In this document: one piece after another, positions 53,883-64,000 of the stretch
Position numbering within the stretch: position 1 is the first letter of the stretch
Layout: the number at the start of each line of letters is the position of its first letter
Source: an uncultured Eubacteriales bacterium
GTDB lineage: Bacteria; Bacillota; Clostridia; Christensenellales; CAG-138
Assembly (NCBI GenBank): GCA_900544555.1
Contig: UQWD01000008.1
Location: forward strand, 14,021 to 78,020
Length of the DNA: 64,000 nucleotides
Direction: 5' to 3'
Notes under the pieces: generated by a model
Seen by the model: only the letters and a program-made list of their open reading frames with translations
Told to the model about the DNA's origin: nothing
The model's database searches: none
Program-made: the position numbers and the translations under genes

Positions 53883-54025
53883 GATAAAACAAGACGTTTA
53901 GACGAATTGGACGCTGTCCCCGGTTTCGCAGGGGACAGCGTTGTTTGTTGCGGGTTCAGATTAAATGCCAGCGAAGGTTCAACATAAGGCTTTTTCTCAA
54001 TACGCGATTGTGATATGATACCGCC

Positions 54026-54973
54026 ATGAGAAAGATTTATTTTGCTTTAATTTTAATAATCTGTACCGCTATCGCGGCCGGCGCCTGCGCTCCGGCCCGC
54101 CCCGGATACCCCGCGCCTACCATGGAGGGAGCTACGCCATCCCCAAGCGCGTTAACGGCCGAGCCTTCCGCAACCCCGGAAGTTACCGCGCGCCCGCTGG
54201 ATATGGAAAACGCCATGCTTCTTAGGGTGGTGAACGTGGGTAAGGCGGATTGCCTGATATTCCGTTTTCCCAATGGAGAGGCCTTTATGGTGGATACCGG
54301 GCTGAAGGATACCGCGGACGCCGTTTTAGGGGCGCTTAAGGAAGCGGGGATAGAGAAGCTTACGGGCATAATCATTACCCACGGACATAAGGATCATATC
54401 GGGGGCCTGAAGAAGCTGTTGGCTGAGCTGCCGGTCGAGGCGGTCTACACCAACCCGCTTGACACGGCTACGTTTTCAAAGAAGGAAAGGCGGCTTATTG
54501 CGGAGTCCGGCGCGCAGGATGTTGCGCTCAGGGCGGGGGATGAACTGAAAATGGGAGGCGGGAAGGCGGTCGTCCTTTCCCCCAATCGGTTTTACAGCGA
54601 AGACGAGGATGAAAACAATAACTCGCTTGTTCTTTTGCTGACGTTTGGAAGCTGCCGCTTTCTTTTAATGGGCGACGCAACGCTTACTATTGAGCATGAG
54701 CTTGTGGAAAGCGGGGTAAACGTCAGTGCGGACTTTTTAAAGGCGGGGCGGCACGGGAAGGACGACGCAACCTCGGAAAGGTTTCTTAAAGCCGTATCCC
54801 CGAGCCATGCCGCGCTGACCGGAAACCGGTCGGAGGATAATGAAGCGCCTTCCGCGCGCGTTATTCGGCTGATGGGCGAATACGGCGTACAATGGTGCGT
54901 GAACGAAGGGGAAAATTTGGCTGTGGATTTTTACTGCGACGGCGTATCGATTCAGACGGCGCCCACGCAATGA
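54026..54973 (+). CDS. MBL-fold metallo-hydrolase lipoprotein (ComEC C-terminal-like lactamase_B domain)
   Basis: Lipobox AAGAC; ITHGHKDHIGG metal-binding motif. Confidence 0.65.
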   Translation: MRKIYFALILIICTAIAAGACAPARPGYPAPTMEGATPSPSALTAEPSATPEVTARPLDMENAMLLRVVNVGKADCLIFRFPNGEAFMVDTGLKDTADAVLGALKEAGIEKLTGIIITHGHKDHIGGLKKLLAELPVEAVYTNPLDTATFSKKERRLIAESGAQDVALRAGDELKMGGGKAVVLSPNRFYSEDEDENNNSLVLLLTFGSCRFLLMGDATLTIEHELVESGVNVSADFLKAGRHGKDDATSERFLKAVSPSHAALTGNRSEDNEAPSARVIRLMGEYGVQWCVNEGENLAVDFYCDGVSIQTAPTQ

Positions 54974-55392
54974 GCGATTGACAGTTTATATATGCAATGA
55001 TAATATGATAACTGCGCTAACCGCCGTATATTGAGTCGAAACGCGGACGGGATATAGACGATTTTTTTGAGATTTATAACGAAATCGTCTCCACCCCTCT
55101 GCCATTCGGTGCGTATTTAATTATGCCGCGCAAGACGTATTTAAGGGTACGGGAAAATGCGGCAAAGCGCCTCTTTCAAGTTACGGTTAAACGCTATAAC
55201 GCGCCTCCCGAAAGCCAGGCGCATTACGAAGGGCTTTACGGTTGTGAGATTCTCTGGGTTTTTATCCGTCGCGGCATGTCATAAGATAAGCCGCCGCCGG
55301 AGCCGCGCCGATTGACCCCAGGTTTTCCAGTAAGCCTCAAACGGTGATGGACGCCGTTGTTTTTTTCTTGATTTGCCGGAGTTGCCGGCGGA

Positions 55393-56640
55393 TTGGAGGA
55401 AGCCTTGAATAAGCTTTGGACGAAGGATTTTACCATAATTACGCTTGGCAGCGTAATTTCCATGCTGGGCAACGCGGTAGCGGGGTTCGCGATTGGTCTT
55501 CTTGTTTTTGAGATGACCCAATCTACCCTGCTGTACGCGGTATTTATGATCTGTTATTCGCTTCCCCGCGTAATCATGCCGCTTTTCGCGGGGCCGTGGC
55601 TTGATCGTTTTTCCCGCAGGAAAATGATCTATATGCTGGATTTCTTTTCTTCAGGTTTTTATTTGCTTATCGCCACGCTGCTTTACGTAGGGTGGTTCAA
55701 CTATATTATCTTTTTATTGCTGTGCATGGTCGTAGGGAGTGTGGACAGCATGTACACCGTGGCTTATGAAAGCTTTTATCCTACGCTCATAAGCAAGGGG
55801 AACTATTCAAAGGCCTATTCCATTTCCAGCCTGCTTTACCCGCTGGCAAACACCGTTATGGTGCCGATAGCGGGTATCTGCTACGAAACGGTGGGTATGA
55901 CGCCGCTGTTTTTATTCAACGCTGTTACCTTCTTTGCGGCCGCCGTGTTTGAAACGCGTATTTCAAGCAATGAAAAGCATTTGGCGAACCGGGAGGCCAA
56001 GGCGAAGAGCTTCAGCTTCAAAGAATATGGGCGGGATATGCGCATTGGCGTGGATTATTTAAAAAAGGAGAAAGGCCTCCTGACCATAACCGGTTATTTC
56101 TTTATCAACGCGCTGACGGGCGCGGCGCTCAGCACTCTGACGCTCCCGTTCTTTGAGCGCACGCCTGGGCTTGGCGTGCCGGTATATACGGTCGTAATGG
56201 CGGTCGCCACGTTTGGAAGGCTGGTGGGCGGGCTTATCCATTACCGGTTTCGTTACCCCGTGGATAAAAAGTTCGCTATCGCCTTGGCCGTATACATTAT
56301 AATCAGCCTGCTGGACGGTTCGTATATGTTTATGCCGCTTGCGGTAATGATTGTATTCCAGTTCCTGGTCGGCATTACGGGCGTAACATCGTACAATATC
56401 CGTATATCCTCCACTCAGAATTATGTTCCCGACGAAATGCGCGGCAGGTTCAACGGCCTGTTCCAGATGTGTTTTATGGCGGGCATGATTCTAGGGCAGC
56501 TTGCCGCGGGCGCGCTCGGCGATATCTTCCCGGAACGCAACGTGGTGGCGGTGTTTATGGGCCTGAATGTTGTCGGCGCTCTTTTGATAATGTTCCGCAA
56601 CAGGCGCTATGTAAAGCCCATTTATAATACGGAAGCATAA
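55393..56640 (+). CDS. MFS transporter
   Basis: 12 TM segments; TTG start as listed (the first in-frame ATG lies inside TM1). Confidence 0.6.
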   Translation: MEEALNKLWTKDFTIITLGSVISMLGNAVAGFAIGLLVFEMTQSTLLYAVFMICYSLPRVIMPLFAGPWLDRFSRRKMIYMLDFFSSGFYLLIATLLYVGWFNYIIFLLLCMVVGSVDSMYTVAYESFYPTLISKGNYSKAYSISSLLYPLANTVMVPIAGICYETVGMTPLFLFNAVTFFAAAVFETRISSNEKHLANREAKAKSFSFKEYGRDMRIGVDYLKKEKGLLTITGYFFINALTGAALSTLTLPFFERTPGLGVPVYTVVMAVATFGRLVGGLIHYRFRYPVDKKFAIALAVYIIISLLDGSYMFMPLAVMIVFQFLVGITGVTSYNIRISSTQNYVPDEMRGRFNGLFQMCFMAGMILGQLAAGALGDIFPERNVVAVFMGLNVVGALLIMFRNRRYVKPIYNTEA

Positions 56641-57102
56641 TTTTTATGGCATGCGGGGGCGCTTTAGAATCGGAACCGCCTTATTGATAGGGGCCGGCAG
56701 CGCGGCGCCTGCCTCATTAGCGCGGCCGGCGTGATAGGGAGAAATCCTGCCGAACGAGCGCTTTTTAGCCTGTCAACAAATCCTCCTTGATATAATCTAA
56801 ATTCCGCAGGGATTCTGACGGCGTGCTTACATGGAAATCCTTGTTTTTCGGCACAAGGCCGGAGGTTCCGTTAACAATCAGCCGCCCGATTGCAGGAGAT
56901 TTTAAGTACCCGTTTTTTAACTTTCAATATGGCGCTTCCGCGTTTAGGTTAATTGTTATGTGAATTATTTACAACACCTCTTTTTAATTGTCTGAATGGT
57001 CGCAGTGTATGGCGGCGTCCTCCAAAAAAACTCCGTATGAGGGGAATATATATGACGGCCGCGGTCTTGACGCACGTATTTGTTTCAATTACACTATATG
57101 CT

Positions 57103-57134
57103 GCGGCCGGATAACCGGGCCGCGGGTTCTTTTT
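57103..57134 (+). promoter_or_regulatory. Terminator-like hairpin in the glnA leader (GCGGCCGG-ATAA-CCGGGCCGC then GGTTCTTTTT), 37 nt before the glnA start
   Basis: Seen directly; preceded by a TTGACG -35-like hexamer at 57067. Confidence 0.45.
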
Positions 57135-57171
57135 AAATTTTGGGGTCCATTATTTCTGTTGAGGTGAAAAA

Positions 57172-58602
57172 ATGTTTAAATCTCTGAACGACGTAAAGAA
57201 ATTTTGTTCTGAAAACCGTATTGAAATGATCGATTTTAAAATGACCGATCTGGATGGGCGTTGGAGGCATATCACCATACCGGCCGACCGCTTTGACGAG
57301 GACACGATGAAGTATGGAATCGGTTTTGACGGCTCGAACTACGGTTATGCCATGGTAGAGAAAAGCGATATGGTGTTTATACCCGATCTCTCCTCGGCCG
57401 CCGTAGATCCATTTGTAAAAACGCCCACGCTGACAATGATAGGCGACGTAATGATTATTGATCACCCGAACAACAGGCCGTTTGATCAGTATCCGCGCAA
57501 CGTGGCCAAGCGCGCGGTTGAATATATGCGCGAAACGGGCGTTGCGGACGAGATGATCATTGGGCCGGAATTTGAGTTTCATGTTTTTGATAAAGTTCAA
57601 TTTGAGTCACTTCCCCAGCGCGTAGGCTATGAGGTGGATACCGCCGAAGCGTCCTGGAATACCGCGAGGCCGGAGGGCGGGGCGGGCTTCCAGAACCCGG
57701 GTCATGGCGGCTATCATATCGACAGCCCTCACGATATCACGTTTGATCTGAGAAACGAGATGTGCATGGCGCTGGAGAAATGGGGCGTGGCCGTAAAATA
57801 CCATCATCATGAGGTCGGGGGCGCCGGTCAGCTTGAGATTGAGGTCGAGCTTGGCGAGATGACCCGAATGGCGGACAATACCATGACCGCTAAGTACGTC
57901 ATCCGTAACGCCGCCGTAAACGCGGGCAAAACCGCCACGCTCATGCCCAAGCCCATCAAAGGGGAGGCGGGCAACGGCATGCACGTGCATATGCTTTTGA
58001 AGAAGGGCGGCGCTCCCGTGTTTTACAGCGAGGAGGGATACGGCCATTTAAGCGAAACGGCGCTGTATTTTATCGGCGGGCTTTTAAAGCACGCGAGCTC
58101 GCTGTGCGGGTTCACCAACCCCTCTACGAATTCATTTAAGCGGCTGGTTCCTGGCTTTGAAGCCCCGGTCACCATCGGGTACGCGATGGCAAACCGCAGC
58201 GCGGTAGTCCGCATCCCCGCGTACGCCAAGTCGCCGGATAAAAAGCGCTTCGAGCTGAGGAACCCGGACGCGACCTGCAACCCGTATTACGCTTACGCGG
58301 CGATTCTGATGGCCGGGCTGGACGGGATAGCGAACCACATCGACCCGCATAAGGAGGGATGGGGCCCTTACGACTTCAACCTTTTCAACCTTCCCGAGGA
58401 GGAAAAGGCGAAGATAGCCGGCCTTCCCGCAAGCCTTGGCGAGGCGCTGGACGCGCTCGAGGCTGACCATGAATACCTCACAAAAGGCGGGGTATTTCCG
58501 GAAACCCTGATAAAAACCTGGATCAGGCGCAAGCGCGCCGAGGCGGAAAAAATCGAGCAGACGCCGCACCCCGCCGAGTTCGTCCAATATTATAACCTAT
58601 AA
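57172..58602 (+). CDS. glnA: Glutamine synthetase type I
   Basis: 476 aa; GS catalytic motifs. Confidence 0.9.
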   Translation: MFKSLNDVKKFCSENRIEMIDFKMTDLDGRWRHITIPADRFDEDTMKYGIGFDGSNYGYAMVEKSDMVFIPDLSSAAVDPFVKTPTLTMIGDVMIIDHPNNRPFDQYPRNVAKRAVEYMRETGVADEMIIGPEFEFHVFDKVQFESLPQRVGYEVDTAEASWNTARPEGGAGFQNPGHGGYHIDSPHDITFDLRNEMCMALEKWGVAVKYHHHEVGGAGQLEIEVELGEMTRMADNTMTAKYVIRNAAVNAGKTATLMPKPIKGEAGNGMHVHMLLKKGGAPVFYSEEGYGHLSETALYFIGGLLKHASSLCGFTNPSTNSFKRLVPGFEAPVTIGYAMANRSAVVRIPAYAKSPDKKRFELRNPDATCNPYYAYAAILMAGLDGIANHIDPHKEGWGPYDFNLFNLPEEEKAKIAGLPASLGEALDALEADHEYLTKGGVFPETLIKTWIRRKRAEAEKIEQTPHPAEFVQYYNL

Positions 58603-58614
58603 GTAAAACGCCTT

Positions 58615-58646
58615 GAGCCGCCCTCAATTAATACATAGGGCGGCTC
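58615..58646 (+). terminator. Terminator hairpin after glnA (GAGCCGCCCT / AGGGCGGCTC)
   Basis: 10-bp perfect stem seen directly; downstream flank is weakly T-rich. Confidence 0.5.
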
Positions 58647-58975
58647 AGAATTGTTCTTCATTTCACGGAAGGGCGATACCATACCGCCACCGGGAAAATT
58701 TGCGATAAATACTTTTCCGGTCAAAAGTCGCACTGGCCGAACGCCTTTCGGTATGACAGCGTGTGGTCCTGCCAAATAGGCAATACCGGCTATGCTAAAG
58801 GTACGTATACCGCTTATTCGAGCATAATAACGCAGTGGGTATCTTTGGCTTTTTCAAGCGTATCGCATACCATTACGCATACATATTGACAATTAAGCAG
58901 CTTATCCACATCAGTATGTAATGCCTGAGAAGCCGTTTCCGGAGACGCCGGCCAAAATCTTAGGAGACGCTAACA

Positions 58976-60717
58976 ATGATTCGTTTATCCAATATCAACC
59001 TGAAATTCAGTCGCGTTCTGATAGAAAATGGACGGATGAACATTCCAGATGGGAAAATCACGGTCATTACCGGTAAAAGCGGAAGCGGCAAGACTACGCT
59101 ACTTTATTTGCTCGGCTTAATCTCGTCCAGCCAGGGATTATCATTATAATTTCGACGGGCATGAGGTGAACCTTCGCTCCGACAAGGAAGTAAGCTCGTT
59201 AAGAAAAACGAGAATCGGCTATGTGTTTCAGGATAACTCGCTGATTGACAGCTTAACGGTCGCAGAGAATATCCGCAATACCGCCCGAATTGCCGGCGTG
59301 CCGATTACACAGAACGACGTTAAGCATTATTTAAATCAGGTAAAGCTCGATGCTGGATTGCGGCAGTATCCCAAGACCTTATCCGGCGGGGAACGGCAAA
59401 GGCTGGCAATCGCTTGCGCCATGGCGAAAAAGCCGGACTTAATTATAGCGGATGAGCCTACGTCCGCGCTAGATAAAGAAAACAGCGCCGTTATCATGGG
59501 TATTTTTAAAGAGTTCGCCGCGCGGGAAAATAAAAAGGTGGTTATTGCTTCGCATAGCGCTCTCGCGCGTGAAATTGGAGATGTGATCTATGAAATATCG
59601 GATTGCAGGATTCAATTAATTCAAGGCTGCGACGGACATAAAGCGGAGTATGCCGGGGAACGCCCGGCCCATAAATGCAAAGCGCTCGGCTTCAAATTTG
59701 CCGCCGGATACGCGCTAAAAACCATGCGTAAGTCGAAATTTTTAAAATCGCTCATGCTGCTTTTGTGCGCCGCTGCCATAGCTTTGGCCGCCGGCGTCAG
59801 CGGGGTTGGGAACGGGGTTATCGCGCGCCAGCAGAGCCTTTTGGATGAACTATCAGACCGGCAGATATTTTTGATTAATTTTACCGCCCCATTAAATACG
59901 TTTATGGATGTTGACGAACACATTTCCATATCAAACGACGACTTTGCGCGCATACAAAGCGTTTCCGGCATCGATACGGTATATCCGTATTTTGAGTTTC
60001 GGTCCGTTGGATTTGATATTGAAAAATCAGCGTCATACCATGCGTGCAAAGTCGGCGTTACTACTGAATTGGATGAAAGGCAGTTTTCCTTTGATACTTT
60101 TGGCCACGACGGATACCATAGCATCGCTGTGCTTCCGTATTATGAGGAAGAAAACCTTGAAAAGCGCGTATTTCAATCGTTTAACGCCGATAGCGGCAAG
60201 GGCGGCGCAATTTATCTGTCGCATCAATTAGCGAATATGCTGGCGCTTGCGGAAGGGAATGAAAAGCACGTTCAAATACAGCTTGACTTGGGCGTACCAG
60301 TTTATACCGCTGATGTTGATCTACAGGTATCAGGGACACAAGCTGAATATGCCGCGGATGTGGATTTATCCGTAATTACCTCATTGAATTTGGATATATC
60401 GGGCGTATTGGATTACGATTATACGAACAAATACTCGGCAAGCGGCGATAATGAACGGGCTTAACAAGAATGAGGCTTTACGCCTTGTGCTGGCCGAGGC
60501 ACTTTTGCAGATAATAATTATCTCGTCGCTGGCCGCATTGTTTACGCTTATACTAAATGGTGTAGTGAATATGCTGTTTAATTTTAAGGCTGCGGCATTT
60601 TCCGCCGGGACAGCCCTAATAATTGTTTTGGTTTCTTTGTTATCCGTAATTGGCCCGTCTGCCGGAAGCATAATCATAATGAATAATGTTAAGCCTGACA
60701 GGATTATGAGGAATTAG
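58976..60717 (+). pseudogene. MacB-like fused ABC transporter (ATPase plus FtsX-type permease) disrupted by two frameshifts
   Basis: Walker A GKSGSGKTT (58976-59149) is cut off after SSSQG. The gene continues in another frame (YNFDGHEV...LSGGERQ...LIIADEPTSALD) with a TM segment and extracellular domain to 60464. It then shifts again into the C-terminal TM segments (60451-60717). Confidence 0.55.
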
Positions 60718-61036
60718 GCGTTCATTCCCAGAGGCGCATCATGAACGATTAAGAATTAGGTTGGTTTGGAAAGACAAATCCCTTATTGTTTCTATTGGAG
60801 GTATAGGATGAAGCTTCCGCTTCGTTGTATGCTTGTGATAGGTGCCGAACTAGCGGCGATATTTGCGATAACAATAATAAGGGGCGCCGCGTACGAGGGC
60901 GAATGGGAAATCGCTACCCTAAAACCCTTAGAAGCCGGGTTTTTAACGCGACGCGCCCTTTCGCCGCCCACAGGGTAATGCATTAAAAGCAAATCAGGAA
61001 GCAAAGGCGAACATATTTAAAACATAGCATAAATAC

Positions 61037-61615
61037 TTAAGTATAATATTCTGTTATTCGTTTACCATTTACCAGTTCATCTTCATCAGGCGGCACAAAC
61101 ATCGGTTCTACATAATCGAACATTTCATCCGTTACCTCAAACGCGTATGTAGAGCCTTTTTCCTCGTTTCTTTTTTTTACACGCCGCCTGCGCTCCTTTA
61201 CAGGTATATCCAAATAATGAACTGATACATCCGCCCCTATACCTAGCGCCCACTTGCGATAGTATTCTCTAAAGTCAAAATCGCCAAACCCGATTTCAAG
61301 AATTACGCTGATACCATTCTTCAAAATTGGTTCCGATACTTCTCTAATCAGCTTTTTACACCGCTGAGTTCTTTCCGTAAGCCATGCAAAATCATGTGTT
61401 TGCGGGTCATAATCCGAACCATATAGCGTTTGCATCCATGGATCTATGGAAAAATAAACCGCACCGATTTGTTCGGCTAAATTCAATGAATATGTGGATT
61501 TTCCTGAGGCCGTATTCCCGCAAATAAGATAAACCGTGCTTATTTTCTTATCCCCCTCTTCTTCGACTTGCCGCCCGGAGGCGAGCCAAGCGCCCACGAG
61601 TATTACCGCCGCCAT
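61037..61615 (-). CDS. P-loop NTPase, AAA_33/nucleoside-kinase-like
   Basis: P-loop GNTASGKST; 192 aa with a hydrophobic 14-aa N-terminus. Confidence 0.5.
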   Translation of the reverse strand: MAAVILVGAWLASGRQVEEEGDKKISTVYLICGNTASGKSTYSLNLAEQIGAVYFSIDPWMQTLYGSDYDPQTHDFAWLTERTQRCKKLIREVSEPILKNGISVILEIGFGDFDFREYYRKWALGIGADVSVHYLDIPVKERRRRVKKRNEEKGSTYAFEVTDEMFDYVEPMFVPPDEDELVNGKRITEYYT

Positions 61616-61842
61616 CCATAGCCCGAAGAAACGTCAAAAGCGGGAAGCGGCTTGTAATAACCAGCAGATTTTTCAGCCTGTAAACAGCGTTATAGGCATC
61701 TTTTACGCTTTTTACGCGGCGGCAAGGCTTTATCCAGCCGCCGCGCTGACGAAAAGGGCTTACAGCCGCGTAAGGGTCTATTTACACCTTTTCGTTCATG
61801 AAAAAGCATCTTGACATAAGACCAAAAGGGTATGCGCGCGTT

Positions 61843-62844
61843 TTACGCCATCAGCCCCTCCTGAACGGCCACGGCGACCGCAACAGTCGCGCCGACCATG
61901 GGGTTGTTGCCCATGCCGATGAGGCCCATCATCTCAACGTGCGCGGGGACTGAGGAGGAGCCTGCGAACTGCGCGTCCGAATGCATGCGGCCCATAGTGT
62001 CGGTCATGCCGTAGGAAGCGGGCCCCGCCGCCATGTTGTCCGGGTGGAGCGTGCGGCCCGTGCCGCCTCCAGAAGCCACGGAAAAATATTTCTTTCCGTT
62101 TTCAACGCACCATTTTTTGTATGTTCCGGCGACCGGGTGCTGAAAGCGCGTGGGGTTCGTTGAGTTGCCCGTGATGGATACATCCACCTGCTCATGCCGC
62201 ATGACAGCCACGCCTTCGCTTACGTCGTCCGCCCCGTAGCAGCGCACCTTGGCCCTGTCTCCATTTGAGAATGCGGTGGTTTTTGTTACGGCGAGCTCGC
62301 CGGTGAATTCGTTATAATCCGTCTCAACATGGGTAAACCCATTGATGCGTGAGATGATATACGCGGCGTCTTTGCCTAAACCATTGAGTATGACCTGCAA
62401 AGGCTCCCTGCGCACCTTATTGGCGGTTCGCGCTATGCCGATAGCCCCTTCGGCCGCGGCAAAGCTCTCATGGCCGGCAAGGAAGGCGAAGCAATGCGTA
62501 TCCTCGCGAAGCAGCATCGCCGCCAGATTGCCGTGGCCAATGCCCACATTGCGCTGGGAAGCCACAGAGCCGGGGATGCAAAAGCCCTGCAAGCCTATGC
62601 CGATAGCTTCTGCCGCTTCAGCGGCCGACCGCGCGTTTTTCTTAATAGCGACAGCCGCGCCCAGCGTATAGGCCCAAACGGCGTTCTCAAACGCGATGGG
62701 CTGTATGCCATGAACGATGGCGCGCACGTCAACGCCCTTTTCCCCGCAGATGCGGAGGGCATCATCAAAATCCGCAATGCCGTATTGAGCCATAACGCCA
62801 TTGATTTTATCGATTCTTCTTTCGTAGCCTTCAAAAGTTACCAT
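61843..62844 (-). CDS. GGGtGRT-family protein (uncharacterised)
   Basis: SVASGGGTGRTLHPDN signature; RBS AAAGGAGGG; 14 nt after the upstream gene. Confidence 0.65.
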   Translation of the reverse strand: MVTFEGYERRIDKINGVMAQYGIADFDDALRICGEKGVDVRAIVHGIQPIAFENAVWAYTLGAAVAIKKNARSAAEAAEAIGIGLQGFCIPGSVASQRNVGIGHGNLAAMLLREDTHCFAFLAGHESFAAAEGAIGIARTANKVRREPLQVILNGLGKDAAYIISRINGFTHVETDYNEFTGELAVTKTTAFSNGDRAKVRCYGADDVSEGVAVMRHEQVDVSITGNSTNPTRFQHPVAGTYKKWCVENGKKYFSVASGGGTGRTLHPDNMAAGPASYGMTDTMGRMHSDAQFAGSSSVPAHVEMMGLIGMGNNPMVGATVAVAVAVQEGLMA

Positions 62845-62858
62845 TCTATTGCCCTCCT

Positions 62859-63551
62859 TTACTGGCGACGGGGGTCGATTACCGTTACGGCCTCGGCAAA
62901 ACGTCCGTAAATATTGATATTTTTCTCATAAGCTTCCTTTGGATCAACGCCTTTTTTTATCGCATCCATCATTTTGCCGAGGTTAACAAACTGATAGCCG
63001 ATGATTTCGCCGGCGCTGTCCAGGCCGATATTGAGAACATAGCCTTCGGCCATATCCAAATAACGCGGGCCCTTAGCCCGGGTGCTGAACATGGTGCCCA
63101 CCTGCGAGCGCAAGCCCTTGCCCAAATCCTCAAGCCCCGCGCCGACGGGGAGGCCGCCCTCGGAAAACGCGCTTTGCGTGCGGCCGTATGCGATTTGAAG
63201 AAAAAGCTCGCGCATGGCGGTATTTATCGCATCGCACACAAGGTCGGAATTGAGCGCCTCCAATATGGTTTTTCCCGATAAAATTTCCGCCGCCATCGCG
63301 GCGGAATGGGTCATGCCCGAACAGCCGATGGTTTCAATCAAAGCTTCCTCAATAACGCCCTCTTTAACATTGAGCGTGAGTTTGCAAGCCCCCTGCTGAG
63401 GAGCGCACCAGCCCACGCCATGAGTCAGCCCGCTGATATCCGTTATCTGCTTGGCCTCAACCCATTTGCCCTCCTCAGGAATAGGGGAAGGGCCGTGCTT
63501 CGCGCCTTTTGCGACGCAAAACATTTCCTCAACTTCTTTAGAATACTGCAT
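62859..63551 (-). CDS. NifU/IscU N-terminal-like domain protein
   Basis: CAPQQGACKLTLNV...IGCSGMTHSAAMAAEILSGKTILEA matches the IscU scaffold Cys pattern. Confidence 0.5.
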   Translation of the reverse strand: MQYSKEVEEMFCVAKGAKHGPSPIPEEGKWVEAKQITDISGLTHGVGWCAPQQGACKLTLNVKEGVIEEALIETIGCSGMTHSAAMAAEILSGKTILEALNSDLVCDAINTAMRELFLQIAYGRTQSAFSEGGLPVGAGLEDLGKGLRSQVGTMFSTRAKGPRYLDMAEGYVLNIGLDSAGEIIGYQFVNLGKMMDAIKKGVDPKEAYEKNINIYGRFAEAVTVIDPRRQ

Positions 63552-63726
63552 TCATACTCCTCCTTTTTTAGGGATAACCTTATTATGATGAAAAATCCGG
63601 CGTTAAACCCTAACCGGGCAATGAATAACCGGTAATCATTCACAAAATACACGCGCGCGTTTGCTGTACACTGGGTCGGCTCGCGGATACGCATGCGCCG
63701 CAACCATATCAAGCCGCGCCTTGTCA

Positions 63727-63735
63727 TTATACCAT
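63727..63735 (-). promoter_or_regulatory. Extended -10 promoter (TGGTATAAT) giving an approximately 165-nt leader for the NifU-like/GGGtGRT operon
   Basis: Reverse complement of ATTATACCA, seen directly. Confidence 0.4.
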
Positions 63736-64000
63736 ATCGGAACCGAAATCCAAATTCCATTTGTTAAATTGTTGCCAATGCCTGACGGCGTATTCATATG
63801 TTACGGGGTAAGCGGCAAGGCATTCGTATTATGCAGTCGGTTTATTATATACTGCCGCAGGCGTATTCTTTATTAAACGGCGCAAAGGGGGAAAACGCGC
63901 CTTTGCGTTTGATGCCAGGCCGGTATGCATGGTACAATCATAAAAACGCTAAAATGGGGGTTTTGCCCATGGGGATCATATCCTATTCGCTTGCGGTTAT

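Noticed and set aside
56641-57171. Glutamine riboswitch or T-box leader upstream of glnA
   Set aside because: No glnA-motif or T-box specifier/T-box sequence was recognisable. Only a promoter-like hexamer and one terminator-like hairpin, which are reported separately.
60766-60978. 70-aa ORF between the ABC remnant and the kinase gene
   Set aside because: Weak start context; only a short hydrophobic stretch; could be spurious. Not supported well enough to call.

Overview
This is a high-GC (~58-60%) chromosomal window with two short AT-rich patches. It most likely comes from a spore-forming, butyrate-producing Clostridia member; an Intestinimonas-like Oscillospiraceae organism is an inference from GC content plus gene content, not a measured result. 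The dominant feature is a ~13 kb supercluster for lysine fermentation to butyrate. Upstream sits a MutS-family ATPase gene translationally coupled to an unknown partner gene. Next come a consensus promoter and a lysine riboswitch with ON-type architecture. Downstream are kal, kce, kdd, kamA and kamDE, followed directly by crt, hbd, bcd and etfBA. The remainder is largely housekeeping. It includes transketolase, a LysM-GH18 spore-cortex-type hydrolase, a YyaL thioredoxin-domain protein, a ZIP transporter, a cobTUSC lower-ligand operon carrying an extra degenerate cobU paralogue, an nfeD-floT flotillin operon preceded by a MerR-like gene, a compact shikimate operon (aroB, aroA, aroC, chorismate mutase, an aroE-aroK fusion, aroQ), a fused CitX-CitG gene, yabP-yabQ-divIC, two large membrane proteins, arcC, glnA, a frameshifted MacB-like ABC transporter, and a NifU-like plus GGGtGRT gene pair. 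Regions worth a second look are the candidate aminomutase-reactivase pair at the window start, the two AT-rich islands (19.0-21.2 kb and 33.3-35.5 kb, the second carrying a duplicated structured non-coding element), and several regulatory hairpins. I found no tRNA, rRNA, CRISPR array or transposase. The ORF track marks TTG and GTG starts as M, so several starts were moved to the first ATG with a Shine-Dalgarno sequence.
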